In this document: piece after piece, positions 19,428 through 29,188 of the stretch | Layout of the letters: the number at the start of each line of letters is the position of its first letter | How positions within the stretch are numbered: position 1 is the stretch's first letter | Assembly: GCA_963664115.2 (NCBI GenBank) | Contig: CAXWPJ010000010.1 | Span: forward strand, 96,001-160,000 | Origin: Terriglobia bacterium | GTDB taxonomy: Bacteria; Acidobacteriota; Terriglobia; 20CM-2-55-15 | DNA length: 64,000 nt | Direction: 5' to 3' | Translations under genes and position numbers: made by a program | The notes under the pieces: generated by a model | Told to the model about the DNA's origin: nothing | Databases searched by the model: none | Seen by the model: only the letters and a program-made list of their open reading frames with translations

Positions 19428-20561
19428 CTAACGTGGGGCAATCGAGAAGGTGAGCGATTCGGTTTCACCGACGGCTTCGGTCTCGTCAACTTCAAAGACG
19501 TCGACTTCGAACAGGCCGTTCAGAGCGTTGCCGGCCAGGTCTTCCAGTTCGGCTCCGGCGACCAACTCGTAGTTACCCGCTTCCCAAGGATCATCCGGAA
19601 CGAACAGCCATCGTGTTTCATCATCGCGAATTTCCACGCTTCCCTCAAGCGTGTCTCCCTGAGGGTTAACGATAGCAATCAGTCCATCCAAGAGTCCATG
19701 ATCCAGGGGTTCGGGAAACGTGACCCTCACCGGCGCTTTGGTCCCGGCATCCGGTACATCGAGACGCCACGTCGATACGTCAGGGGCGACATCGTCGAAG
19801 GGACCGGCACGAAAGGTCTTCCGGAATTCGCTCTCAAGTGGCTGTCTGTTCGCATCTCTCCACTCCCTTCCGATAACGAGAGTATAAGTACGGCCGGGGA
19901 CAAGCGCCCTTCCCTCTTCCAGGTTCGGTACCAGGCCAGTCTTAATACGCCCGGGATCGAACAGGATCGTGAACCGACGGAAATCGCGCGTCCACAGCTC
20001 CTGGTCCAACTCCAGAAATGCGAGCTGGACTTCCGCACCTTCTGCATCGAGCAAACGGATATTGCGGTACGCTTCGCCACGTGACATCGAAGCGGAAAAA
20101 TGGATGTAGAGCTTCAACTGGTTTTCCGGCAGCACGTTCGTCGAAGGGTATACGTGCTCCACGACGGTGGGTGGCGTCTCGGGGCGAGCTACGTCAAACG
20201 TAAGGGTCGAGGACGAACCCGGCAGGTCAACTGCCCCGGGATCGACAACCACCCGATACGACACACCTGGAGCCGGGGGGTAACGCGGTTCGAAAACAAG
20301 CGCTCCGGCCTCCACACTGTAGGAACCCGTGACGGCAGGGAGTTGCCCCGTCGAGTTGCCACCCGAGACGTCCACGTACACAGCGAACAACCGGACTTGG
20401 TCCTCCCCTGAGAGTTCCGTAGCCCGCCTTACGTCATCCCAGTTGACGACGCGGAAAGTCGCGCCATCGAAACGGATCTCCTGAGCCGAAGCTGTGGGTG
20501 TCAGCGAGAAAGCCGTCGCCAGACAGACGAATACTGAGAGGAATGCGCGGTGATGGATCAC
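19428..20561 (-). CDS. Secreted hypothetical protein with Ig-like (Big/SbsA-type) domains
   Basis: Signal peptide; VYPS..VLPENQLKLYIHFS..M, LFDPGRIK and LEDLAGN motifs. Confidence 0.75.
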   Translation of the reverse strand: MIHHRAFLSVFVCLATAFSLTPTASAQEIRFDGATFRVVNWDDVRRATELSGEDQVRLFAVYVDVSGGNSTGQLPAVTGSYSVEAGALVFEPRYPPAPGVSYRVVVDPGAVDLPGSSSTLTFDVARPETPPTVVEHVYPSTNVLPENQLKLYIHFSASMSRGEAYRNIRLLDAEGAEVQLAFLELDQELWTRDFRRFTILFDPGRIKTGLVPNLEEGRALVPGRTYTLVIGREWRDANRQPLESEFRKTFRAGPFDDVAPDVSTWRLDVPDAGTKAPVRVTFPEPLDHGLLDGLIAIVNPQGDTLEGSVEIRDDETRWLFVPDDPWEAGNYELVAGAELEDLAGNALNGLFEVDVFEVDETEAVGETESLTFSIAPR

Positions 20562-20628
20562 GATTTTCGGTAGACGGCGCGGGCCTTGAAAGACCCGCGC
20601 CGTGGGAGTCGAGAGTTCCCTGATTCGA

Positions 20629-21723
20629 TTACGGCAGCGCGATCGTCTGCAGATTCATCGAACCGCTATTCGCGCGGGTCAGGATCAAGGCCAGCCCGGC
20701 ACCCAACTGATCGAGTTGTTCCACGTCATCCAGGTCAAGGGTCTCGTACGGTACGCCCGCAGTCGCTGAACTTCTCAGCGGAGCGCCGATGTGTTCGTAA
20801 CCGTTCAGGCCCTGGGCCGACATCTTCATAACGCCGCGACTGCTGTTGCTCATCAGGATATGATCGGCTCCGCCCTTGCTATAGATGATCATATCGAGCG
20901 GCCGATTCCCGCTGCCCAACTCAGCGATCGTGTGGCCCAGAATCTTCTGCCCGGGCTGCAGGTCGGCGACCGCGAACGTCACCAGGGGCGTGCAGGTGTA
21001 GGCAGCCAGAATGTGGGGCTCGTTGTCGATCGTGTAGGGTACGAAAGTCCGGACTGGGGAGTTGGTCTCCAGGCGGCCGTGGTTGCCGTGGAAGATTTCC
21101 ACACTGGTTCCATCATCGACGCTATCGAACGGAAATGGGATGGACCGCAGCTTGGAAGAAAATTCTTCGTTGGACAGGCCGGCGATGAATACGCGTCCGT
21201 CAACGAACGCCAGGTCTGTAATCGTCTGCAACCGCGCCCGCGACGCCTGGCCCGCGCCCTGTTCCGGCGCGTTCGGCAGCATCACTTTGGAGTGGGCGAC
21301 GTTGTCGAGAGAGAGTTCGTCGATGGAACCGCTGGCAGTCACGCGAAGAATGACCGGCATCGCATCCGGTCCCGTTCCGCGGGAAACGGAGAGGTAGACG
21401 TTTTTCGAGATCGGGTTGACGGCCATGTCGTTGATCAGAATCTGATCAGGCGCCGTGCCGAGCATGGCGGCAACCTGCATGTCGATTCCCTGAATGTCGA
21501 CTCTTTGGGCAGCACCGGCAGTATTGTCGCCCGTGTCTATCGCATAAACGGCGGCACCCATCGAGTCGCCGACGAAGAGAATCCCTTCCGGGCCAAAGGT
21601 CAGAATGCCGGCCGACTGCAACTCGGCTTTGCCGGTCTGCAGGCTGTCCGTGTACTGCGCGGTCGCGGGAACCGCAAACAGGGCCACGATGCACAGAACG
21701 CTTAGGATTGTGCGTGATTGCAT
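20629..21723 (-). CDS. Secreted hypothetical protein, possibly a beta-propeller
   Basis: Signal peptide, AGGAGG RBS; FGPEGILFVGD, AGLSNEEF, AYTCTPLV and GNRPLDM segments. Confidence 0.75.
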   Translation of the reverse strand: MQSRTILSVLCIVALFAVPATAQYTDSLQTGKAELQSAGILTFGPEGILFVGDSMGAAVYAIDTGDNTAGAAQRVDIQGIDMQVAAMLGTAPDQILINDMAVNPISKNVYLSVSRGTGPDAMPVILRVTASGSIDELSLDNVAHSKVMLPNAPEQGAGQASRARLQTITDLAFVDGRVFIAGLSNEEFSSKLRSIPFPFDSVDDGTSVEIFHGNHGRLETNSPVRTFVPYTIDNEPHILAAYTCTPLVTFAVADLQPGQKILGHTIAELGSGNRPLDMIIYSKGGADHILMSNSSRGVMKMSAQGLNGYEHIGAPLRSSATAGVPYETLDLDDVEQLDQLGAGLALILTRANSGSMNLQTIALP

Positions 21724-21872
21724 TATTTTCCTCCTGGAAAATGGTTGATGAAATATGGCTATATCTCTGTTCTTAAAGGCAGAAGGATGTCATCCGTGCA
21801 CGGGCGAGTCAAGTTCTAAAGACTCTCAGGCTTCGTGGTCCGAACACTGACGACAAGCCTGCAGCGTTTCCA

Positions 21873-22325
21873 TTAAACCCGCTGATAGTCGCCCTGCCAG
21901 TCGTGCACCATCTTCTTTATCGCCGTAGAGTTCTGGATGTCCTCGTTTACGATCTTTCTCAGCAGAGCAGGCAGCTCCGCATCCGAGGCGAAACGAATTC
22001 CAATAAGTTGTTTCATTGCAAGCTTTTGAATATCCGCTTGCTGCTCCGTGGGCAGGATCTGCCGCAGTCGCTGGTGCATTTCAGCGCGAATAATTCTATC
22101 CTGCAATTTCAGGGCATAGATACGGACGAGTCCGACCCCGACGAAGCTGCCGACACAATTGAGCAACACGCCGGCACCGACGAGATACGGGCCCACACTA
22201 CGGCCCTCAAAAAACAGTCCCACACAAGCTGCAACGAAACCCGTCAGAATGAGTAGGAGGGCCAAAAGCCACGAACTGGGCCGGACTGTATGATTTTCGA
22301 AATTCTGCGGAACTTGGTCTGCCAT
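21873..22325 (-). CDS. DUF6526-like membrane protein
   Basis: QNFENH, LQDRIIRAEM, GIRFASDAEL and W.GD..RV pattern; ATG at 22325 after AAGGAG. Confidence 0.7.
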   Translation of the reverse strand: MADQVPQNFENHTVRPSSWLLALLLILTGFVAACVGLFFEGRSVGPYLVGAGVLLNCVGSFVGVGLVRIYALKLQDRIIRAEMHQRLRQILPTEQQADIQKLAMKQLIGIRFASDAELPALLRKIVNEDIQNSTAIKKMVHDWQGDYQRV

Positions 22326-22626
22326 GAAAGTGTCTCCTTTTGAATCCATTTGAATCCATCGCATGGACGGCGGTTCCTCGCGAATCTGGGGTCAACGGAC
22401 CACGATCAAATTCGCTATGAACATCTGCCGATTGTCCAAACTCAAAGCCGATGGTAAAGCATCGCTGCAATCGCTCCGCACGACGCACCTCAACTCTGGA
22501 ATATAGCTATTGAAGGCCGGTGCGAACAACGTCCTTAGCCCGTGCCTCAGTGCAAGTTTATGATCGATGCGATTACGATGATCACTCGGCCGACTTTGGC
22601 CAGCGATTCCTTCAGAGTCATAGAGC

Positions 22627-23517
22627 GTGAGTCCGGAAAGAACAATAAGCGAGACCCGGCGAGGCTACGTCCAACTCTGCGTTGGCGCGGCGCTGATCAG
22701 CTTTTCTGCGGTATGGGTTCAGCAAGCCGACCTTGGGCCTACCATATCGGGCTTCTATCGGAATCTTTTCGGCGGCATATTCCTGCTGTTCCTCGTGATT
22801 TTCAGGAGAGAAGCCCTGTGGCGAGGGGGGCGTCCCTTCCTGGTGGCGCTCGCCGCGTCGGTTTTCTTCGCGGCAGATCTCAGTTTCTGGCACCGTTCGA
22901 TCCTGTTCGTCGGGCCCGGGTTGGCGACGCTGATCGCCAATTTTCAGGTCTTTTTTCTGGCGGGCGTTGGAACTCTGGTCTTCAAAGAGGCTTTGGGATG
23001 GCGTTTTCTGATTTCGATTCCATTAGCGGTGACCGGACTGTTCATGGTGGTTGGAATCGACTGGAACGCGCTCGGGGCCAACTATCAACTGGGTGTTTAT
23101 CTTGGGCTGGCTTCGGCGCTCGCCTATGCGCTTTACCTGCTGGTCTTGCGTAAATCCCAGTCCGACACTCCTCGGCTGTCGGCATCAGCCAACCTGTTGA
23201 TCATTTCGTTCGTTGTCGCCGCGATCATGGGCGCAGAGGCTTATGTGCTGGGCGAAAGCTTCCGTATTCCCAACCTCTCGAGTTGGGTCTCCATGGCCGC
23301 TTATGGAATTTTCAGTCATGGTCTGGGCTGGATTGCCATCAGCCGTGGAATCGCGAAGATGGACGCATCGCGCGCCGGGTTGATCCTGCTGTCGCAGCCG
23401 ACGCTGACCTTCGTTTGGGACAGACTCTTTTTCGGAAGAGTCATGAGCCTCACCGCTATCAGTGGCGTGGCCCTGGCGCTGGGAGCTATCTACCTGGGAA
23501 GTACGCGGAATCGCTAA
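22627..23517 (+). CDS. DMT/EamA family transporter
   Basis: About 10 TM helices in two EamA repeats. Confidence 0.88.
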   Translation: MSPERTISETRRGYVQLCVGAALISFSAVWVQQADLGPTISGFYRNLFGGIFLLFLVIFRREALWRGGRPFLVALAASVFFAADLSFWHRSILFVGPGLATLIANFQVFFLAGVGTLVFKEALGWRFLISIPLAVTGLFMVVGIDWNALGANYQLGVYLGLASALAYALYLLVLRKSQSDTPRLSASANLLIISFVVAAIMGAEAYVLGESFRIPNLSSWVSMAAYGIFSHGLGWIAISRGIAKMDASRAGLILLSQPTLTFVWDRLFFGRVMSLTAISGVALALGAIYLGSTRNR

Positions 23518-23925
23518 GAGCCGCAAACGTGACCCTTTCGGCACCTGACTTAATCGGCTTTCAATATATCGGTTTCGGGCGGCTCCTGGCAGGCCGTCCA
23601 TACAACGCATGCGACCTCGCCACTATTACCTGAATGTGTAAGCAATACCGACGATGATGGCGTAGAACAATCCGCCATTCCAATCCGGTCGGAGCGTGCG
23701 GTCAACGTGCCAATGCGACTGAGTTACGGGCTTATGGACTTGTCAGATTGACCGTGCGGAGCAACGCGCCCTAACGCCCAAACCAGGCCAGAAATATGTC
23801 GCGGCGAGATTAAGTGCCGGCCCGTTTGTCGCCTTCGACCGCCGGCAAACCTCGCCAGTTACCTGTCAAAACGAAATCGTTCACTCCGAACGTTATCCAC
23901 TCCGGACTCAGTGCATGTCGAAGCG

Positions 23926-25281
23926 TCATTTGCTTCCTCCGGAGCCGGACACCCCGGCCACCTCACCCGATTCCGGATCATAGTGAAACGTCGCACTTCT
24001 ATACTCCTCATTGATCTCCAAATTGCCAGGTCCGATCTTGACGTCGACCCCCGGATAGGCATTCTTGCGAATCTTGATGAAGCACTCTTTCAGGTCGGGG
24101 TTTCCCGCCTGTAACCTAGCCAGTTCTTCAGTTCTCTTTTCTTGCATCGAAAGCTCAGTCGAAAGAAGCTTTTCCATGTGCTCGATTCGCTCTGGAGAAA
24201 CCGGCTCTTTGATTTTTTTGATCTTCGCCTGAACGGACTCTCCCTCCTGGATTCGGTCCAACAGCTTGGCCGCTTCCAGTCTCTTAGTCGGATCAACTCC
24301 AGCGCTCAGCACCGTCCGACGCCCATTGAGGTCTCCGGCAACGCCCACCTCAATATTTTTCTGGGCTATCAGAGAACCACCGACCACCCTGCCTGTTGCG
24401 GGCGTCGTGATGCTGGTCTTAGATAAGACGGTACTGTGAAGGACTTCCTTCAAGATCGAGACATCGCCATCACATTCCACATACGAGTTGCTGATGTAGG
24501 CGACTTTGACGTTTCCCTTCGCCGTTACACGACTGTCCCGTATGAGCCCCTGGCGGACGACCACGTCACCGCCCGCGATCACTTCGGCACCATCGACAAC
24601 GCCGCCGATAGTCACGTCGCCACCCGCGCGGATATGAAATTCAGGAAGGACGTCACCTTCCACACGCACCGAACCTTCGCATTCAATGCTTCCCAGATCG
24701 AAATCCAGATTTCCGGGGACCCGTATGACTTCGGCCACCTCGATGCGGTCGTCCGTTCGGCGCAGGTCACCGTCGCGCGTCGCACGCAATTCGGTTCCCC
24801 CGGCAACGACGCTGGCTCCTTCGCCGGCGTTCAGGGCAGCGCGTTCACCGGCTCGGGCCGGGATGACCCCACCACAGACATTCTTCCCGACCGTTCCGGA
24901 AGTGTGCGGGACAATTTTGGCTATGAGTTGGCCCTTTTCGACGAATGTGAAGGATCCACGGTTATGAAAATCGATGACACCCGAATCGTTGGCCACGCCG
25001 ATCGCATCTCGGTGGGATTCGATGATCATCCGGACCGACCCTACCTCCCCATCGACCTGGAGGGTCCCACGAGCGACCGCCAGGCGAACGGGACGGCCCG
25101 GGGGCCCTTCGTTGATGAGTTGGACCAGTTCCTCACAGGACTCGTCGCTGACACCGTGACTGACGCCAGCGGTCTCTAATGCGGCCTTGATCGCAGAAAC
25201 ATCGACCGCCTCGTCCTCGGAGGTCTTGACCTCGGCGACGGCCTCCATCTTGTCGTGGCTGATTCTGATGTTTATCGACAT
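23926..25281 (-). CDS. FapA/DUF342 family protein
   Basis: VARGT..DG, IDFH, GNLDF..GSI..GSVRVEGDV beta-helix repeats, a coiled coil and AYPGV. Confidence 0.85.
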   Translation of the reverse strand: MSINIRISHDKMEAVAEVKTSEDEAVDVSAIKAALETAGVSHGVSDESCEELVQLINEGPPGRPVRLAVARGTLQVDGEVGSVRMIIESHRDAIGVANDSGVIDFHNRGSFTFVEKGQLIAKIVPHTSGTVGKNVCGGVIPARAGERAALNAGEGASVVAGGTELRATRDGDLRRTDDRIEVAEVIRVPGNLDFDLGSIECEGSVRVEGDVLPEFHIRAGGDVTIGGVVDGAEVIAGGDVVVRQGLIRDSRVTAKGNVKVAYISNSYVECDGDVSILKEVLHSTVLSKTSITTPATGRVVGGSLIAQKNIEVGVAGDLNGRRTVLSAGVDPTKRLEAAKLLDRIQEGESVQAKIKKIKEPVSPERIEHMEKLLSTELSMQEKRTEELARLQAGNPDLKECFIKIRKNAYPGVDVKIGPGNLEINEEYRSATFHYDPESGEVAGVSGSGGSK

Positions 25282-25515
25282 CGGCAGGCCAATCGTATCG
25301 CACTGAGAGGGAATCGTAAAAACTCCGCGCCGGAGCTGAAGAACGAAAAATCAGGCACTGGCATCGATTTCCGTGAGTTAGAAATTCGGCGTTTAACAGT
25401 CTTGCCATGGTCCGATCCGTTCATCCCGGCCGACGATGGCCAAAGGCTGCGGCCCATACCCTCGGGCAAGATCGGAATCCGGAGCAAACAGGAGGGTGCC
25501 CACCCCATAGCAACG

Positions 25516-26352
25516 CTACTTCTTCGCCCCACCCTTAACGTCATCAACGGGCGCGAGCCGTGAGACCTTTTCGTGAGCACTCCGAAAAGCGTTGATCACA
25601 GTCGCCCGGAATTTTCCTTCCTCCATCACAAGGAGCGCTTCGGCCGTGATACCTCCGGGCGTGATGACTTCCTGCTGAAATTGAGCGAGTGCGCGGTCGC
25701 TGGCAGCGTTCCTAAGTTCCACCGTGCCCCGAAGCAGCGACAGAATGCCGCGCTCCGCCAGATCGTGCGGCATCCCCTGGGTCACCATCGCGCGCGTCAA
25801 GGCCTGGACGAATTCAATAACGAGTGCGGGCCCCGAACCGACGCCGACGATCGCGATATCCAAAAAGGATTCCTCGTCGCATTCGATTTCGTCACCCCAG
25901 ATACTCACGATCTTCGCAGCACGGTCCCGGGCATCAGACGTCACATCCGGACCGGCGATCCAGTAAGTCGTTGCCGCACCGACGCCGACACAGATGTTCG
26001 TGCTGGTACGGACGACGTTCGGAACACCCAACTGTCTTTGCATCGTCCCGAGATTCAGTCCGGTGACCACGGAGATGACAAGCGCATCGTCGCGGATCTT
26101 ATCTTTCAGTTCGGCGCTCACCGGTTCAAAAAACTTCGGCTTGACCGCGAGCACGACTATTTCCGCGTTATCAACGGCCTCAGCGTTGTCTGTGAGGATC
26201 CGGGCCTGTGGCAGGGCACGTTCCACCTCCGCAAGGCGTCTGGGTTCTACTCGACACAACCGGAGGTTCTCAGCTTTGCAAACCCCCTCGCCAACAAATC
26301 GCTGCGCGATCATCAGGCCCATGGTTCCGGGCCCGATCACGGCTACTTCCAT
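25516..26352 (-). CDS. proC: Pyrroline-5-carboxylate reductase
   Basis: IGPGTMG, VLAVKP, ISVVTG, GSGPA and VITPGGIT motifs. Confidence 0.85.
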   Translation of the reverse strand: MEVAVIGPGTMGLMIAQRFVGEGVCKAENLRLCRVEPRRLAEVERALPQARILTDNAEAVDNAEIVVLAVKPKFFEPVSAELKDKIRDDALVISVVTGLNLGTMQRQLGVPNVVRTSTNICVGVGAATTYWIAGPDVTSDARDRAAKIVSIWGDEIECDEESFLDIAIVGVGSGPALVIEFVQALTRAMVTQGMPHDLAERGILSLLRGTVELRNAASDRALAQFQQEVITPGGITAEALLVMEEGKFRATVINAFRSAHEKVSRLAPVDDVKGGAKK

Positions 26353-26478
26353 CGCAATACTCCTCAGTCAGGTTTCGGCACGTATTCCTATCTTAGCAGT
26401 CCCTGCCATGAGTCTGCGAGTTCACCCCGACGATGCTTCCGAGCCATGGACACCAGGGGGGGGGCGTAAAATATATCG

Positions 26479-27348
26479 GTGGAAGTTCATTTGATCGATG
26501 GAACCTACGAACTGTTTCGGCATTTCTTCGCCCTACCATCTTCGTCCGACGAGGGCGGTAATGAAATCGGAGCGATTCGTGGCGTACTGAACTCGTTGCT
26601 CGGCATGCTCGAGACCGGGGCCACGCACATAGGCGTGGCAACCGACCACGTGATCGAATCTTTCCGCAACGATCTGTATCCAGGCTACAAGACGGGTGTC
26701 GGCATCGATCCTGCACTGTTCTCTCAATTCGTCCCCCTCGAAAATGCCCTCCGAGCCATGGGTATCGTGGTTTGGCCAATGGTGGAACAGGAGGCCGATG
26801 ATGCCATGGCCGCGGCTGCACGACGCGCTTGGGCAGACGCCCGTGTCACACGTGTATTGATCTGCACACCCGACAAGGATCTGGCCCAATGCGTGGTTGG
26901 AGACCGAATCGTTCAATTCGAGAGACGGAAACAGGAGATTCGCAACGAAGAAGGCATACGTGCGAAGTTTGGAGTCTCACCGGAGTCCATACCGGACTAT
27001 CTGGCGCTGGTCGGCGATACGGCCGACGGCTTCCCGGGTTTGCCCGGTTGGGGGGCCAAATCCGCGGCAGCAGTGCTTGCTCAATACCCACACTTGGAAG
27101 ACGTTCCTAAGTATGCCCAGGAGTGGGACGTGTCCGTCCGGGGTGCGGACAAATTGGCCAAGACACTTGTCAGCCACTGGGATGACGGCCTGTTGTTTCG
27201 ACGGCTCGCCACGCTCCGCACAGACGCCACAGTCTTCGATACAGTGGACGCTCTCGCTTGGACGGGGCCCCGACCGGAATTTAAAGCTCTGTGCGCGTCA
27301 ATGCGCGCCGCCTATCTGTGGGAGAGAGCGAAGGGACTGGAGAGTTAA
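26479..27348 (+). CDS. 5'-3' exonuclease / flap endonuclease (stand-alone PolI N-terminal domain)
   Basis: HLIDG, YPGYK, EADD, DKDL and the H3TH motif LALVGDTADGFPGLPGWGAKSA. Confidence 0.92.
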   Translation: MEVHLIDGTYELFRHFFALPSSSDEGGNEIGAIRGVLNSLLGMLETGATHIGVATDHVIESFRNDLYPGYKTGVGIDPALFSQFVPLENALRAMGIVVWPMVEQEADDAMAAAARRAWADARVTRVLICTPDKDLAQCVVGDRIVQFERRKQEIRNEEGIRAKFGVSPESIPDYLALVGDTADGFPGLPGWGAKSAAAVLAQYPHLEDVPKYAQEWDVSVRGADKLAKTLVSHWDDGLLFRRLATLRTDATVFDTVDALAWTGPRPEFKALCASMRAAYLWERAKGLES

Positions 27349-27390
27349 CAGTTGTGAGTTCTGAGTTAAGAGTTATAGCTTAAGAGTTGT
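27342..27390. repeat. Degenerate heptamer tandem repeat (7 units, consensus GAGTTNN)
   Basis: GAGTTAA CAGTTGT GAGTTCT GAGTTAA GAGTTAT AGCTTAA GAGTTGT. Confidence 0.8.
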
Positions 27391-27451
27391 GGCTGGGCGA
27401 ATTGGCACTAATAATTAAATCGTCTCAACAAGACACTAGACGGGAGGTCTC

Positions 27452-27907
27452 ATGAAAGCACGACTGAAAAAGAAGGTCATCGATACAATAAATAAGATAC
27501 TGGAGATGGAACTCGCCGGTGCGATCCACTACACGCACTACTCTTTCATGGTGTTTGGCTATAACCGGATCCCCATTGTCAGCTGGCTTGGCACACAAGC
27601 CGACGAGTCACTGGCACATGCCCGGGCAGCAGGTGAACTCGTCACCCAGCTCGGTGCCCATCCTTCTCTCGCCATTGGGCCTCTCCTCGAAACCCAAAAA
27701 CACGATATCGGCGACATACTCCGGGAATCGCTGGGTCACGAACAGGCGACACTGAAGCACTACGAAAGCCTGCTCAACCTAGTGGAAGGGAACGACGTCA
27801 TGCTCGAAGAGTACGCCAGGGAGCATGTTGCCCTTGAAACGCAGCACATCGGTGAAGTGGACAAAATGCTCCGCAGGCCGGGCGACATCGAACAGTTCGA
27901 AAAATAG
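27452..27907 (+). CDS. Bacterioferritin/ferritin-like protein
   Basis: LEMELAG, DESLAH, LGHE and LETQH ferroxidase-type ligands; GGAGG RBS. Confidence 0.85.
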   Translation: MKARLKKKVIDTINKILEMELAGAIHYTHYSFMVFGYNRIPIVSWLGTQADESLAHARAAGELVTQLGAHPSLAIGPLLETQKHDIGDILRESLGHEQATLKHYESLLNLVEGNDVMLEEYAREHVALETQHIGEVDKMLRRPGDIEQFEK

Positions 27908-27930
27908 GTAAGCGAGAAGAGAAGAAGTTC

Positions 27931-28002
27931 CACCGCAAAGGCGCAAAGGTCTCAGGTCAGCCTCTTGGAAAACTTTCTTTGCGTCTTTGCGCCTTTGCGG
28001 TT
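27931..28002. repeat. Inverted-repeat element family A, short copy
   Basis: ACCGCAAAGGCGCAAAG ... CTTTGCGCCTTTGCGGT, perfect 17-bp IR. Confidence 0.85.
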
Positions 28003-28037
28003 CACCGGATTTCCTTCCTTTCCGAATGGAGAGGCAA

Positions 28038-29174
28038 CTAGCCCAGAAGTGAGAGGAGGAAACCGGCGGCGACTGCGGAACCGATGACGCCGGCCACATT
28101 CGGGCCCATCGCGTGCATAAGCAGATGGTTGTGGTGGTTGGCTTCCAATCCTACCTTGTTGACTACGCGCGCCGCCATCGGAACGGCGGAAACGCCGGCC
28201 GCTCCAATCAGGGGATTAATCTTGCCGCCGGTCAGGCGGTGCATGGCCTTTCCCATGAGAAGGCCGGCGGACGTACCTACCGCGAAGGCTACCAACCCGA
28301 TTAAGAGAATCCCTATCGTCTCGACGTTCAGAAATTCCTGGGCACTCAGCCGGGAACCCACAGCCAGCCCGAGGAGGATCGTCACGGTGTTGATGATTTC
28401 GTTCTGCGCCGCCTTCGACAACCGATCAACGACACCGCACTCTTTTAGAAGGTTTCCAAACACCAACATTCCGATCAACGGTGAGGCCGCAGGCAACAAC
28501 ACGACCACCAACAGGAGGACCGTAAAAGGGAACATGATCCGTTCTGTCCGCGTGACTGGCCGGAGTTGTTTCATGACGACAGCTCGCTCGGATTCCGTCG
28601 TCAACGCTCTCATTATGGGGGGCTGGATGATCGGGACCAGAGCCATGTACGAATACGCAGCAACGGCAATGGCTCCCAATAAAGAAGGGCTCAAACGGGA
28701 CGCCAGAAAGATCGCCGTCGGACCGTCTGCGCCGCCAATTATTCCAATCGCAGCGGCGTCGGTGAGCGAAAAGTCCAGGCCAGGAATCACGTTCATGGCC
28801 AGCGAACCAATCAATGTAAAGAAAATCCCGAACTGTGCGGCCGCGCCCAACAACAGCGTGGGTGGATTGGCAATCAACGCTCCGAAGTCCGTATGAGCGC
28901 CTACACCCATGAAGATGAGCAGAGGGAAAATACCGGTCGACACGCCGCCAGCGTACAAATAACCCAACAATCCTTCGGGGCCGCTGATTTCGGCCAGCGG
29001 TATGTTGCTCAGGATCGCCCCAAAGCCTATAGGAACCAACAGGAGCGGCTCAAATTTCTTCGCGATCGCGAGATAAATCAGCACACCGCCGATGGCGATC
29101 ATGAGGATCTGGCCGATTTCGAAATGCGCGACTCCGGTAGCAGCCCAAAGTCTTGAAAGAAGGTCGGATTGCAT
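28038..29174 (-). CDS. oadB: Na+-translocating decarboxylase subunit beta
   Basis: [37 protein letters not shown] and [10 protein letters not shown] motifs. Confidence 0.95.
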   Translation of the reverse strand: MQSDLLSRLWAATGVAHFEIGQILMIAIGGVLIYLAIAKKFEPLLLVPIGFGAILSNIPLAEISGPEGLLGYLYAGGVSTGIFPLLIFMGVGAHTDFGALIANPPTLLLGAAAQFGIFFTLIGSLAMNVIPGLDFSLTDAAAIGIIGGADGPTAIFLASRLSPSLLGAIAVAAYSYMALVPIIQPPIMRALTTESERAVVMKQLRPVTRTERIMFPFTVLLLVVVLLPAASPLIGMLVFGNLLKECGVVDRLSKAAQNEIINTVTILLGLAVGSRLSAQEFLNVETIGILLIGLVAFAVGTSAGLLMGKAMHRLTGGKINPLIGAAGVSAVPMAARVVNKVGLEANHHNHLLMHAMGPNVAGVIGSAVAAGFLLSLLG

Positions 29175-29188
29175 CAGGTTTCGGTCAA

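Noticed and set aside
19203-20084. 293-aa + strand ORF, plus other long antisense ORFs such as 11910-13253, 17634-18686, 20791-21705 and 25573-26469
   Set aside because: These are shadows of better-supported genes on the opposite strand in GC-rich DNA and have no recognisable motifs.
22207-22488. Possible PilZ-like gene fragment (VRRAERLQRCFTIGFEF)
   Set aside because: There is a stop just upstream, no RxxxR motif, and it overlaps a real gene.
23926-25281. Flagellar cluster implied by the FapA-like gene
   Set aside because: No other flagellar or chemotaxis genes are in the window.
27400-27430. Fur box or sigma54 site upstream of the ferritin-like gene
   Set aside because: AT-rich but a poor Fur match; TGGCAC lacks the TTGC -12 element.
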